Virus record (IMG/VR): IMGVR_UViG_3300045738_002143
Reading direction: 5' to 3' (one strand)
DNA from: an uncultured virus (IMG/VR IMGVR_UViG_3300045738_002143)
Taxonomy: Duplodnaviria; Heunggongvirae; Uroviricota; Caudoviricetes
DNA: 64,000 nt
Shown here: positions 26,930-35,729 of the stretch, one piece after another
Position numbering within the stretch: the stretch's first letter is position 1
Layout of the letters: each line of letters begins with the position of its first letter
Program-made: the position numbers and the translations under genes
Notes under the pieces: model-generated
Told to the model about the DNA's origin: nothing
Seen by the model: the letters and a program-made list of their open reading frames with translations, nothing else
The model's database searches: none

Positions 26930-27268
26930 ATGAACACCAAAGAATATCAGAGGGAGTACCACAAGAAATGGTATGCCGATCCCAAGAATGCTCGGAATAA
27001 AAAGGAAAACGCAAAGAAGCACCGCATCTTGAAACGTGCAAGGAACCGCCAGTTTCTCAAGGAATACAAAGAAGAGAAGTGTTGCGAGAAGTGCGACGAA
27101 TCACATCCGGCTTGTTTGGACTTCCACCATTTGGAACCTTCAGAAAAGGACCATAACATTTCTGACATGGTGCCCAGAGGCTATAGCATTGAGAGGATTA
27201 ATGAAGAGATTGGGAAGTGCATTTTGGTTTGTAGAAATTGTCACGCTAAAATTCACTGGGGCGATTAG
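26930..27268 (+). CDS. HNH endonuclease (free-standing, homing-type)
   Basis: CEKC..CLDFHH..KCILVCRNCH..H. Confidence 0.85.
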   Translation: MNTKEYQREYHKKWYADPKNARNKKENAKKHRILKRARNRQFLKEYKEEKCCEKCDESHPACLDFHHLEPSEKDHNISDMVPRGYSIERINEEIGKCILVCRNCHAKIHWGD

Positions 27269-27332
27269 CTTAGTTGGCTAAAGCATTCGGCTTACATCCG
27301 AAAGATCGCAGGTTCGAATCCTGCATCGCTCA
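27259..27332 (+). tRNA. tRNA-Val(UAC)
   Basis: GGGCGAT/ATCGCTC acceptor, CT-TAC-AT loop, GGTTCGAATCC. Confidence 0.93.
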
Positions 27333-27372
27333 CTTAAGGTGATAAAAGCCGTTAACGCATCGGGAGACTAAC

Positions 27373-28767
27373 ATGACAGAGCAGGTTGCCAAGAGTGAAT
27401 ATAAATATGGTTTTCACGACAATAATGTAAACATCGAGACGTTCGACAAGGGCCTGAGCGAAGATGTTGTTCGTCGAATTTCTGAAATAAAAAGTGAACC
27501 AGAGTGGATGCTGGAATATCGATTGAAAGCTCTTGATATATTCTATAAAAAGCCCATGCCTATGTGGGGCGGAGACATGAGTGGCATAAACTTTGATAAT
27601 ATTATTTATTACGTAAAGCCATCAGACAAACAAGAGAACGACTGGGACGATGTTCCTGATGAAATAAGAAAAACATACGATAAACTGGGTATTCCTGAAG
27701 CTGAAAAGAAATATCTAGCTGGTGTGAAAGCTCAGTATGAATCCGAAGTAATATATGGAAGCCTTGAAGAAGGTCTAGAAAAGCAAGGTGTAATTTTTCT
27801 TAGTACCGATGAAGCGTTGAAAAAACATCCTGATTTGGTAAAGGAATATTTCGGAACAATTATCCCTCCTGCGGATAACAAATTTGCAGCCTTGAATACG
27901 GCAGTTTGGAGTGGAGGTTCATTTATCTATATTCCAAAAGGCGTTAATGTTGAATTTCCTTTACAAGCATACTTCCGCATTAATTCAGAGAACATGGGGC
28001 AATTTGAAAGAACGATTATCATTTGTGATGAGGGTTCACAGGTTCACTATGTTGAGGGCTGCACCGCTCCAATTTGGACATCAGATTCTTTACACTCGGC
28101 TGTTGTTGAAATTGTTGTAAAGAAAGATGCTCGTTGTCGTTACACTACAATTCAGAATTGGTCAAACAACGTATACAACCTTGTCACTAAACGAGCGATG
28201 GCCTATAGGGATAGTGTAATGGAGTGGGTTGACGGGAATCTGGGTTCTAAACTTACGATGAAATATCCGTCAATTTACATGATGGAACCGGGGGCACGAG
28301 GTGAAATTCTTAGTATTGCTTTTGCCGCCAGGGGCCAACATCAGGATGCTGGAGGCAAAGTGGTTCATTGTGCCCCAAACACTTCTAGCCGGATCGTCTC
28401 AAAGTCAATTTCTAAAGATGGTGGAAGATCGTCATATCGAGGTCTTTGCAAAGTGGTGAAAGGAGCAAAGAATTGTAAGTCTAATGTTGTTTGTGACGCA
28501 CTTATTCTTGATCCAGAAAGTCGATCTGATACTTATCCTTACATTGAAGTTGATGAAGAAAATGTATCCATAGAACATGAGGCGTCAGTAAGCAGGATTG
28601 GGGAAGAACAATTGTTCTATTTAATGTCTCGTGGCATGTCGGAATCTGAAGCATCTACGATGATTGTAAGCGGTTTTATTGAACCGTTAACCAAAATACT
28701 TCCAATGGAGTACAGTATAGAAATGAATCGCCTAATTGAACTGCAAATGGAAGGTTCTGTGGGATAA
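27373..28767 (+). CDS. sufB: Fe-S cluster assembly protein SufB
   Basis: [42 protein letters not shown]. Confidence 0.97.
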   Translation: MTEQVAKSEYKYGFHDNNVNIETFDKGLSEDVVRRISEIKSEPEWMLEYRLKALDIFYKKPMPMWGGDMSGINFDNIIYYVKPSDKQENDWDDVPDEIRKTYDKLGIPEAEKKYLAGVKAQYESEVIYGSLEEGLEKQGVIFLSTDEALKKHPDLVKEYFGTIIPPADNKFAALNTAVWSGGSFIYIPKGVNVEFPLQAYFRINSENMGQFERTIIICDEGSQVHYVEGCTAPIWTSDSLHSAVVEIVVKKDARCRYTTIQNWSNNVYNLVTKRAMAYRDSVMEWVDGNLGSKLTMKYPSIYMMEPGARGEILSIAFAARGQHQDAGGKVVHCAPNTSSRIVSKSISKDGGRSSYRGLCKVVKGAKNCKSNVVCDALILDPESRSDTYPYIEVDEENVSIEHEASVSRIGEEQLFYLMSRGMSESEASTMIVSGFIEPLTKILPMEYSIEMNRLIELQMEGSVG

Positions 28768-28796
28768 ATGATTCGTTTGGCATATTCCCATTCGCT

Positions 28797-29027
28797 TCAA
28801 GAACAAACTTTTATTGTGGTGGATGAACCAACTTTTAATGCCGTCTTTCCGCCCGATGCATGTTTGGTGACGCATCCGATTGATTTTGGTTTTGTTGTGG
28901 ATGTAGTTTCCGATGTCGAACAGCCACAGCCACCATTATTCTCTGGCTTGCGTGCCTGGTCCATCGCCGCCCTGTTTTGCCGCACAGCCATGCCTTGACC
29001 TACGCCTGTTACCGATGTTGCTCCCAT
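28797..29027 (-). CDS. Small hypothetical protein (MGATSVTGVG N-terminus)
   Basis: GGAGG RBS on minus strand. Confidence 0.6.
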   Translation of the reverse strand: MGATSVTGVGQGMAVRQNRAAMDQARKPENNGGCGCSTSETTSTTKPKSIGCVTKHASGGKTALKVGSSTTIKVCS

Positions 29028-29110
29028 TTTTTCCTCCTTGAAATCCTTGAAATTATATAGAATGGGCGATGCATATTACTACATTCAATTAAGTGTAAGT
29101 GGAGATCGCT

Positions 29111-29368
29111 ATGGACCTGTGGAAGTATTATGGTGTCGATTGGGCGTTGTTTTTTTTGATAGTGCTGCATCTTTGGATGCTTGGCAACAAATGGCGAGCG
29201 GCATGGATTGTTGGTGTGGGAATTTCTATTTGTTCAATTCTCTTTGGATACTTGTCTGAAAGTGTAGCTCTTGTTCTAATGAACGTTGTTTTAATCTTCT
29301 TTCACATCTGGAATTATGTTAAGTGGGGAGAGCAGGATGCAATTGGCAGAATTCAAAGAGATGAGTGA
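29111..29368 (+). CDS. Small membrane protein (PnuC-like repeat)
   Basis: DW..LWMLGNK..W three-TM pattern; GGAG RBS. Confidence 0.55.
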   Translation: MDLWKYYGVDWALFFLIVLHLWMLGNKWRAAWIVGVGISICSILFGYLSESVALVLMNVVLIFFHIWNYVKWGEQDAIGRIQRDE

Positions 29369-29588
29369 TGAACAGGTCAGGCTGGTAACACAACATATTA
29401 CGGGAGAGCTTACTGATGTTCAGTTCAATTACCAGATTGTCACTAACGGGTTTGATGAAGAAGAAATTCTAGCCGCAGTCAAGTTCGTCAGAGCGAGGGC
29501 CAATAATTTGGTAATTTTGGTTTTCTGTTTCTTGGCACTTATCTCCCTGCTATTTATAGCTTGGATTTGGAGTTTGTTTAGCTAGAGT

Positions 29589-29972
29589 ATGTTAATGAAT
29601 CCAAATGACGCAGTAATTGTGGCGGAAGAGCTATTTGTTTGTGACGATCCGAATTACATTGTTGTTTTTCAACTTTTGGATTTTGGTAAAGATGTAGATT
29701 TGAGTGTCCATGTTCACTTATCGCCACCACCATTTGGAATAATGAACTACTACGATCCGCAGGACTTCGCCACCTTCACTGGATTATGGGATTCTATAAA
29801 ATATGTTTTTCGAGGTGGGGCTGGGCACGGTTATTATCCGGTTAAGCACACGGATGTTGATCGCATGATTGCGGTTTTAGAAAGATATCAAAAAGTTCAC
29901 GAAAAGCTAACCGCCTCCGAAGAAGAAAGTGCCGTTGGAGATTGGGAATCAGAAGGTGGTGCGGTATCTTAG
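29589..29972 (+). CDS. Hypothetical protein
   Basis: 127-aa ORF. Confidence 0.55.
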   Translation: MLMNPNDAVIVAEELFVCDDPNYIVVFQLLDFGKDVDLSVHVHLSPPPFGIMNYYDPQDFATFTGLWDSIKYVFRGGAGHGYYPVKHTDVDRMIAVLERYQKVHEKLTASEEESAVGDWESEGGAVS

Positions 29973-30033
29973 TTCCAATTATAAGCAGAAGTTCGCCTCC
30001 TTCCTTGTTGGAAGAAGGTGAACTCCCAAGTGC

Positions 30034-30132
30034 TTACTTGAACATATTTGATATCCATTTAGGCTGTGGAAGGAAGTTCCATCCCACTACCAAACCAATT
30101 GCTACTCCGATTAGAAGATTAGTAAGGTCCAT
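30034..30132 (-). CDS. 32-aa membrane micropeptide
   Basis: MDLTNLLIGVAIGLVVGWNFLPQPKWISNMFK; AAAGG RBS; followed by hairpin at ~29988-30026. Confidence 0.6.
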   Translation of the reverse strand: MDLTNLLIGVAIGLVVGWNFLPQPKWISNMFK

Positions 30133-30513
30133 GATTTTTTCCTTTCTGTGAAACAGGGTCCGCCATTCTGGCAGCATACATATTTATGCTTATTATCTGT
30201 ATAAGAGTACATAACTTTTCATATTGAATTAGATGATAGTATTTGTTATGAAAGAAGGTCGGGTGAAAAAAGAAAGGGAATACTTGTTTGTCGAGTTTCC
30301 AAAAACATTTCGTATTGGAAAGCTAATTCATGCACCGAAAAGGATTCGGAAGAAAGTACCATCGAAGGCAATCTGGGTTGTTATTATCATCGTTATCTTT
30401 ATATTGTTTTTTGCTGCTACTTTATGAGATGCTCGTAGCTAAAGTCCTAATAAATGAAGTTGTTGTACTATTTTAACTTGGTATGAAATAAGTCGGGAAA
30501 GATAGATAATATC

Positions 30514-30708
30514 ATGGAAGAGCTAGAAGCCAAAATAAAAGACCTTGATTTAGAACAAGCAAATATGATTGTTGAAGAAGAAGGTAAGATTTTAAGGGTT
30601 ACGAAGCAAGATGACAATTTTCTTATTTGCACTTGTGATTATTGTACTCATAGGGTAAATGTGGAAGTTATAAAAAATAAAGTCGTGAAAATACTCAGTG
30701 TTGGATAG
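30514..30708 (+). CDS. Peptidase inhibitor I78/potato-inhibitor-like small protein
   Basis: LRV..TCDY..RVNV..V..G. Confidence 0.55.
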   Translation: MEELEAKIKDLDLEQANMIVEEEGKILRVTKQDDNFLICTCDYCTHRVNVEVIKNKVVKILSVG

Positions 30709-30734
30709 TCAAATTTATTGTTTGATAACGAAAT

Positions 30735-30808
30735 CGGGATGTAGCTCAGTCTGGTAGAGCGCTGCGTTTGGGGCGCAGAAGTCGCACGTCCGAATCGTGT
30801 CATCCCGA
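30735..30808 (+). tRNA. tRNA-Pro(UGG)
   Basis: CGGGATG/CATCCCG acceptor, TT-TGG-GG loop; T-loop TCCGAAT. Confidence 0.9.
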
Positions 30809-30825
30809 CCTATAAAGGAGTTCTT

Positions 30826-30903
30826 ATGTCTAAGGGCAGAGATAATCGCAAAGAGAAAAAGTCGCCTAAGAAAAAAAAGAAGAAAAAGGGTGACTCTAAA
30901 TAG
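30826..30903 (+). CDS. 25-aa Lys-rich basic micropeptide
   Basis: MSKGRDNRKEKKSPKKKKKKKGDSK with AAGGAG RBS. Confidence 0.55.
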   Translation: MSKGRDNRKEKKSPKKKKKKKGDSK

Positions 30904-31133
30904 TTCACAAAATTAGTGGGTAGACTTTAAGGGTCTATTCACCGAAATTTCATGTCAGAACACGAATATTATTGGTACTGGCGAGGCGTTCGCTTGCAAC
31001 TTTTAGATTGGTACAAGAGTTGTTTATTGCGGCTAGGGTTTAAATGTCCGCACAATCACAATCGACCACATGACCCACAAATTCATAATATGGTCGGCAA
31101 ATCTATAAGCCACATAAAAGGAAATAGCGATAC

Positions 31134-31206
31134 GCCCTCGTAGCTCAGCGGATAGAGCATCGGATTTCTAATCCGATGGTCGCAGGTTCGAGTCCTGCCG
31201 AGGGTA
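31134..31206 (+). tRNA. tRNA-Arg(UCU)
   Basis: GCCCTCG/CGAGGGT acceptor, TT-TCT-AA loop. Confidence 0.95.
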
Positions 31207-31219
31207 CTAAGGAATAGTA

Positions 31220-31504
31220 ATGAAGAAGGACATAGATAAATCGAAGCCTCAATTTTATCATTCTTCTACCATTATTGTATATTTCCGACACGGCTCTAGT
31301 GTTGATTCCGTATTAGAAGAGCATGGTTTGGACGGCGTTATAGTTTCCTATATTTTGAACCAGTGGGCAGTTGAAGTGCCCCACGGTCGAGAGGTAGAAT
31401 ACATTGAGCGTCTGAATAAGCTAGACTCAATCACGGGAGTCAACGAGCATTTCCTGGAGGGAGAGAAAAAGTTCTTCCGCAGGAAGCGTCGGTTTGAAGA
31501 TTAA
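31220..31504 (+). CDS. Hypothetical protein
   Basis: AAGGA RBS. Confidence 0.6.
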   Translation: MKKDIDKSKPQFYHSSTIIVYFRHGSSVDSVLEEHGLDGVIVSYILNQWAVEVPHGREVEYIERLNKLDSITGVNEHFLEGEKKFFRRKRRFED

Positions 31505-31930
31505 TGGTTTGATTGATGTAGAATTGGCTGGTGGACTCCCCTCAATTATTGGGTTGGGAGAGGTACTACCCTTTTATACTTTTACATGGTGAGAAAATGA
31601 CTAGAATAAAGATAGAATCTCTTGGAGAATTGCCGGATGATTGTGATGGCTGGGTTGTCAAGATAGAAGAAAATGGACATGTCGAGGAGATAACATTTGG
31701 GTTTTTCGAAGAAGTTTCCGCTTTTCTTGAAGAGGGTGTTTGCGTAGATGATTCAGATCGATGGAAGGAAGGTCTGGCAACGGATAATTATGAAAGTGGT
31801 GCAATTTCTTTTGAGGATTGAGCATCAGCAACTCTTTTGCCTATCGTCCCGTATCCAAATACACCGACCTTAATCACATCGCCTCCAACTAGCTCCATAT
31901 CATCTTGAAGCATAACTAGGAATTATTTAA

Positions 31931-32305
31931 GTGGAAGCAGTCAAACAAGTGATCGTGATTCGGCGAGATTTGAAAATGCGCCGGGGGAAGGAGATCGCTC
32001 AGGGTAGCCACGCTAGTCTAGCTTTTATCACTCGTCAGCTTCAACATGGCAACAAGGTGAAACTTTCAAAAGTGGCGAAGCAATGGATCGATTCTAGTTT
32101 TGCCAAGATATGTTGTCGAGTAAATTCTGAAGAACAACTACTTGATATTTATCAACGGGCAAAAGATGCTATGTTGGAAGTTCATCTGATTACCGATAGT
32201 GGTAAGACGGAGTTCGATGGGGTTCCAACAAAAACGTGTTTGGCTATTGGGCCAAATTTGTCCGATGAAATAGATGAAATTACAGGCGAGTTGCAGTTGT
32301 ACTGA
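31931..32305 (+). CDS. pth2: Peptidyl-tRNA hydrolase type 2 (Pth2)
   Basis: KQVIVIRRDLKMRRGKEIAQGSHAS..DSGKTE..TCLAIGP..IDEITGEL. Confidence 0.93.
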   Translation: MEAVKQVIVIRRDLKMRRGKEIAQGSHASLAFITRQLQHGNKVKLSKVAKQWIDSSFAKICCRVNSEEQLLDIYQRAKDAMLEVHLITDSGKTEFDGVPTKTCLAIGPNLSDEIDEITGELQLY

Positions 32306-32359
32306 ATTATTTTTAGAAGAGAGGAGGACCAGACTAGATATTTGGAAGGAGCGATTTAT

Positions 32360-33052
32360 ATGGCTATTCTAACCTTAGAGCACCGAAGGGTATTGGTGCT
32401 GAATAAGCTTTGGGCGGCTATTGGTGTATGTTCACTGCAACGAGCAATTGGGCTGCTATTCAGTGAGTACCACAACGGCGAGCCAAAGGCACGGGTCATT
32501 GATCCTGTTATGGACTTCCAAACATTTTCCTGGTCTGATTGGGCCGAATTGCGACCCAAGGATGATGAGCAATGTATTCACGCTGCACATGGCATGGCGT
32601 TTAGGTTGCCAGAAGTTTTACTGCTTACTCGGTATGATAAGATGCCGCAGCAGCGAGTTCTTTTTTCCCGCAGGACGCTCTACAGGAGAGATAATTTCTG
32701 TTGCCAATATTGTGGCATAAAACCGGGCAGTGAAGAACTTACAATCGACCACGTTATTCCTCGTTCTCATGATGGAAAGACGACATGGGATAATTGTGTT
32801 CTTGCTTGTGTTCAGTGCAACTCTCAGAAGGCAAACCGGATTCCAGAAAAGGCTTACAAGGGTTTGCTATCGCAGGGATTGCGAAAAAATTGGAGAGGTC
32901 CGACCCCGATGAGGTTGCGTTCGGTTCCAAAAAAGCCTAGATACACTCTGTTTAAGGGCAATAGAAAAACGGTCCCTCAGTCTTGGAACCATTTTATTTC
33001 CGAGGCGTATTGGCAGGTAACAATGGACAACGATGAAAAGGATGAAGACTAA
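32360..33052 (+). CDS. HNH endonuclease (McrA-like)
   Basis: VLVLN, RDNFCCQYCG, LTIDHVIPRS, WDNCVLACVQCN. Confidence 0.9.
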   Translation: MAILTLEHRRVLVLNKLWAAIGVCSLQRAIGLLFSEYHNGEPKARVIDPVMDFQTFSWSDWAELRPKDDEQCIHAAHGMAFRLPEVLLLTRYDKMPQQRVLFSRRTLYRRDNFCCQYCGIKPGSEELTIDHVIPRSHDGKTTWDNCVLACVQCNSQKANRIPEKAYKGLLSQGLRKNWRGPTPMRLRSVPKKPRYTLFKGNRKTVPQSWNHFISEAYWQVTMDNDEKDED

Positions 33053-33079
33053 CGTTTTTCGATAGGATACAGTTTTGTG

Positions 33080-33111
33080 AACCCCCGATGCCGCAGGCAT
33101 TGGGGGTTTTT
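33080..33111 (+). terminator. Intrinsic terminator
   Basis: AACCCCCGATGCC/GGCATTGGGGGTTTTT. Confidence 0.85.
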
Positions 33112-33115
33112 GTGG

Positions 33116-33143
33116 TTTACAACCGAGTTAAACGCAGTATAAT
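33116..33143 (+). promoter_or_regulatory. Promoter upstream of csrA leader
   Basis: TTTACA-N16-TATAAT. Confidence 0.75.
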
Positions 33144-33144
33144 G

Positions 33145-33280
33145 GCGGTCTGGAGCGTTTACCAGCAGATTGGGGTGGATGGCTATCCGAATGTCTGGTT
33201 GGGCGTTACAGCGGCCCACAGGGACTCTCAGGGCCGTTTAGACACTCGGAGTAGATCGTTACCTATTTTGATGTAGATTG
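33145..33280 (+). ncRNA. Structured leader/sRNA upstream of csrA
   Basis: Nested helices CTATCCGA/TCGGAGTAG, TGTCTGG/TTAGACA, GCGGCCC/GGGCCGT with ACAGGGA apical loop. Confidence 0.55.
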
Positions 33281-33303
33281 CTTTTTTCAAGGAGGAGATA
33301 AAG

Positions 33304-33609
33304 ATGCTTGTGTTAAGTAGAAAAAGGAATGAAGCCATTGTGATATCCACGAAGCAAGGGGAGATCACAGTGCAAGTGGTGGAAACTAGAGGAGAACAGG
33401 TTAGGCTTGGAATCGAATGTAGCAGGGACATACCAGTGCATAGAAAAGAAGTGCTGGATGCGATTAAAGAAAACAACAATCTCGCCGACCATGACGAGTC
33501 ATTGTTGCAGTATCAATCTTATGTCGCAACGTGTGTTGAGGATTCGACAATTAGTAACCCTGTTCGTCCGATTGGTTTTGATGAATGGTACGCTTCTCAG
33601 TGTCGTTGA
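33304..33609 (+). CDS. csrA: Carbon storage regulator CsrA-like protein
   Basis: MLVLSRKRNEAIVI..QVRLGIE..IPVHRKE. Confidence 0.9.
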   Translation: MLVLSRKRNEAIVISTKQGEITVQVVETRGEQVRLGIECSRDIPVHRKEVLDAIKENNNLADHDESLLQYQSYVATCVEDSTISNPVRPIGFDEWYASQCR

Positions 33610-33747
33610 TAATTATTGACGCTTCTTGATCGGATACGTAGACCATAATGATTATTCTCTGCCAAAAATAGTTATCTCAGGAGGTAGAAGCATGAATGGA
33701 TAGTGCGATCAAAAGGGCCGGTAGCTCAGTTGGTTAGAGCAGCGGAC

Positions 33748-34176
33748 TTAACTAAAAGATCGTCTAAGTGAAGGGTGGTGTAAGTCAGTATGACAGTTCA
33801 AGCATAAAAGTTGACATTTGTTGGATTCTTCCAATAAAGTTTCCCATTTGTGATTTGAACACGCACGTAGGTCTAATCCAAAGTTTTTAGTTGCTGGATT
33901 AATGTGGTGGAAGCTAAGAGCGGAGTAGTTGTATTGATAACCACAAAGTTCGCATTTTCCACCTTTTCCTTCGACTAGATTAATCTTGCGTTTTAGACCA
34001 CGTTTCTGTTGCGAAGCATAGTTTTGGTGCTTGATGTTGCCATGTTTATTATGGCATTTTCGAGAACAATATTTTGCTTGCCTACCAGATAATGTCTTGC
34101 TGCAAACAACGCATTTTATATGACGTTCTTTTATTGGGTTGCTATTAGTTTTCATGTGATTATGGGAGTAGTTCAT
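33748..34176 (-). CDS. Intron-encoded HNH endonuclease (antisense)
   Basis: CELCG..ALSFHH..KCQLLCLNCH..H plus N-terminal CVVC..YCSRKC. Confidence 0.85.
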   Translation of the reverse strand: MNYSHNHMKTNSNPIKERHIKCVVCSKTLSGRQAKYCSRKCHNKHGNIKHQNYASQQKRGLKRKINLVEGKGGKCELCGYQYNYSALSFHHINPATKNFGLDLRACSNHKWETLLEESNKCQLLCLNCHTDLHHPSLRRSFS

Positions 34177-34359
34177 AATCGTTTTGAAGACTTTTAGTAG
34201 AATTTGTCAAATTCAGGGAAGGCTAAGTTTCTTAGGAAATATGCTAATCCTGAGCCAAGCTCGTAAGAGAAGGTGCAGAGACTAGACGGCAAACCCGTAA
34301 AGGGAAGGGATAGTCCAGGCCACAAACTTGAAAGAGGCGGCGAAAGTCGTAGTGGTAAG
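33749..34359 (+). mobile_element. Group I intron (IC3-like)
   Basis: P AAATTCAGGGAA, Q AATCCTGAGC, R GCAGAGACTAGA, S AGGGATAGTCC; P3 TTTGTC/GGCAAA; exon ends in U, intron ends in G. Confidence 0.9.
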
Positions 34360-34400
34360 CATAATCCGTTGGTCGAAGGTTCGAGTCCTTCTCGGCCCAC

Positions 34401-34757
34401 TTATCTTTGTAGCTTTTCTGCTGTGCGATGCCACATAGAAGGTTCTTGTCCAGTTGGGCCTTGTACTTTCTGCCAGTCTCTTGTTTTTTCCTTAATCCAT
34501 TTTTCAGGATTATCTTTGAATGCTGGCCACCATGCTGGGTATCTGGGTGGATTAGCTTCAACTATCATTCTGAATATAGTTTGATAGTCGGGTTGTTGGG
34601 GGTACAGTTCTTCTAAAGCTCTCTTTACTAGCTCAGGCATGACAGTCAACAATTCATTGTGTTCAAGATTGTCGCTGTAGCCCGCAACAAGTTCGGCGGT
34701 AGACATCTTCATGCCTTCATTTTTCAACCATTCATTGAATAATTGGTATTTGGCCAT
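34401..34757 (-). CDS. Hypothetical phage protein (FNEWLKNE N-terminus)
   Basis: 118-aa ORF. Confidence 0.6.
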   Translation of the reverse strand: MAKYQLFNEWLKNEGMKMSTAELVAGYSDNLEHNELLTVMPELVKRALEELYPQQPDYQTIFRMIVEANPPRYPAWWPAFKDNPEKWIKEKTRDWQKVQGPTGQEPSMWHRTAEKLQR

Positions 34758-34759
34758 TG

Positions 34760-35080
34760 CTATTGTATCCTTTGAGGATTTCCTGCTCGTCTATCTCTAT
34801 CGCCAGCACTCCATCCTGCACGGTATTCATTTGCCAGAATCCAGCTTATTGGAGAAAGCCAGTTGCCGTTATAGCCATCTCGGTAGCCACGAATATATTC
34901 AATTGATTGAGGGATGATGGGCTGAACCGGTGGATGCACGAGTGGTCCCGGTTCGATTGGCTCTACTGGCCGAACTGGCTCTACTGGCCGAACTGGCTCT
35001 ACTGGCGGCATTGGCTCTATTGGCGTCTGTCCGCAGCCGATGAATAATGCCACAATTCCTAAAATTAAAGTTCTTTTCAT
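34760..35080 (-). CDS. Lipoprotein-like protein with PVEPVR repeats
   Basis: MKRTLILGIVALFIGC lipobox-like; 18-bp tandem repeats near 34958-35008. Confidence 0.65.
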   Translation of the reverse strand: MKRTLILGIVALFIGCGQTPIEPMPPVEPVRPVEPVRPVEPIEPGPLVHPPVQPIIPQSIEYIRGYRDGYNGNWLSPISWILANEYRAGWSAGDRDRRAGNPQRIQ

Positions 35081-35138
35081 GGGGTTATCTATACTGTGAG
35101 CAGCAATAATTTTAGAGGGTTGATAGGTAGATACTCTC

Positions 35139-35705
35139 ATGGAATTTAGACAATGGTTGGAAAATACCCCGTTTGCACCTGCACCTGGACCAGTACCATC
35201 ATTTGAAGAAAAGTTGCAAGAGCTAAAAAGCGAAAGCGGCTTTATGAAGTTTGCACATGGAGCAGGTGAATCTCCTCAAGTTAAACAACATAATCTACAG
35301 AATGGGATCGTTGTTTCTACAGATAGTCCGACAGAGCATTTTACTGGGCTAGATACGGTTACAGTGGATCAATTGTATAATTGGCCACATCGAGGGTACA
35401 AAAATATCTGGGTGGTTTTTGTGCCGGAAAACACCCGCTACAGGGATGTGTTGAAATTCCATCCGACCAATGAAAGAAAGTATGTTGTTCCGACAAATTA
35501 CATTCGAGGATTTTTTGATGTTGAAAATAGCCGATGGGTTGATGGGGTGGATTTTGACCCTCAACCTGTGCCTATGGACCAGGGAGAAGTTTCAAAACAA
35601 CAACAACAGGTGTTGCCCCGGTTTGTCGTTGACCCCAATCGCCAACATTTGGACATACCACAATCATCCTCGCACTCCGATACAGTAGTTGGTGATGTTT
35701 GGTAA
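35139..35705 (+). CDS. Hypothetical phage protein (MEFRQWLE N-terminus)
   Basis: 188-aa ORF. Confidence 0.65.
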   Translation: MEFRQWLENTPFAPAPGPVPSFEEKLQELKSESGFMKFAHGAGESPQVKQHNLQNGIVVSTDSPTEHFTGLDTVTVDQLYNWPHRGYKNIWVVFVPENTRYRDVLKFHPTNERKYVVPTNYIRGFFDVENSRWVDGVDFDPQPVPMDQGEVSKQQQQVLPRFVVDPNRQHLDIPQSSSHSDTVVGDVW

Positions 35706-35729
35706 TTTTTGCGCAATTCATCCTCCTTT

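Larger units (their letters stand above)
33715..34399 (+). tRNA. tRNA(CAU), probably Ile2, interrupted by a group I intron (exons 33715-33748, 34360-34399)
   Basis: Joined exons give GCGGA-CT|CAT-AA-TCCGT anticodon arm, GGGCCGG/TCGGCCC acceptor, canonical T arm. Confidence 0.9.

Noticed and set aside
34194..34400. Minus-strand 68-aa ORF (MGREGLEPST..)
   Set aside because: Typical antisense translation of a tRNA 3' exon and intron core.
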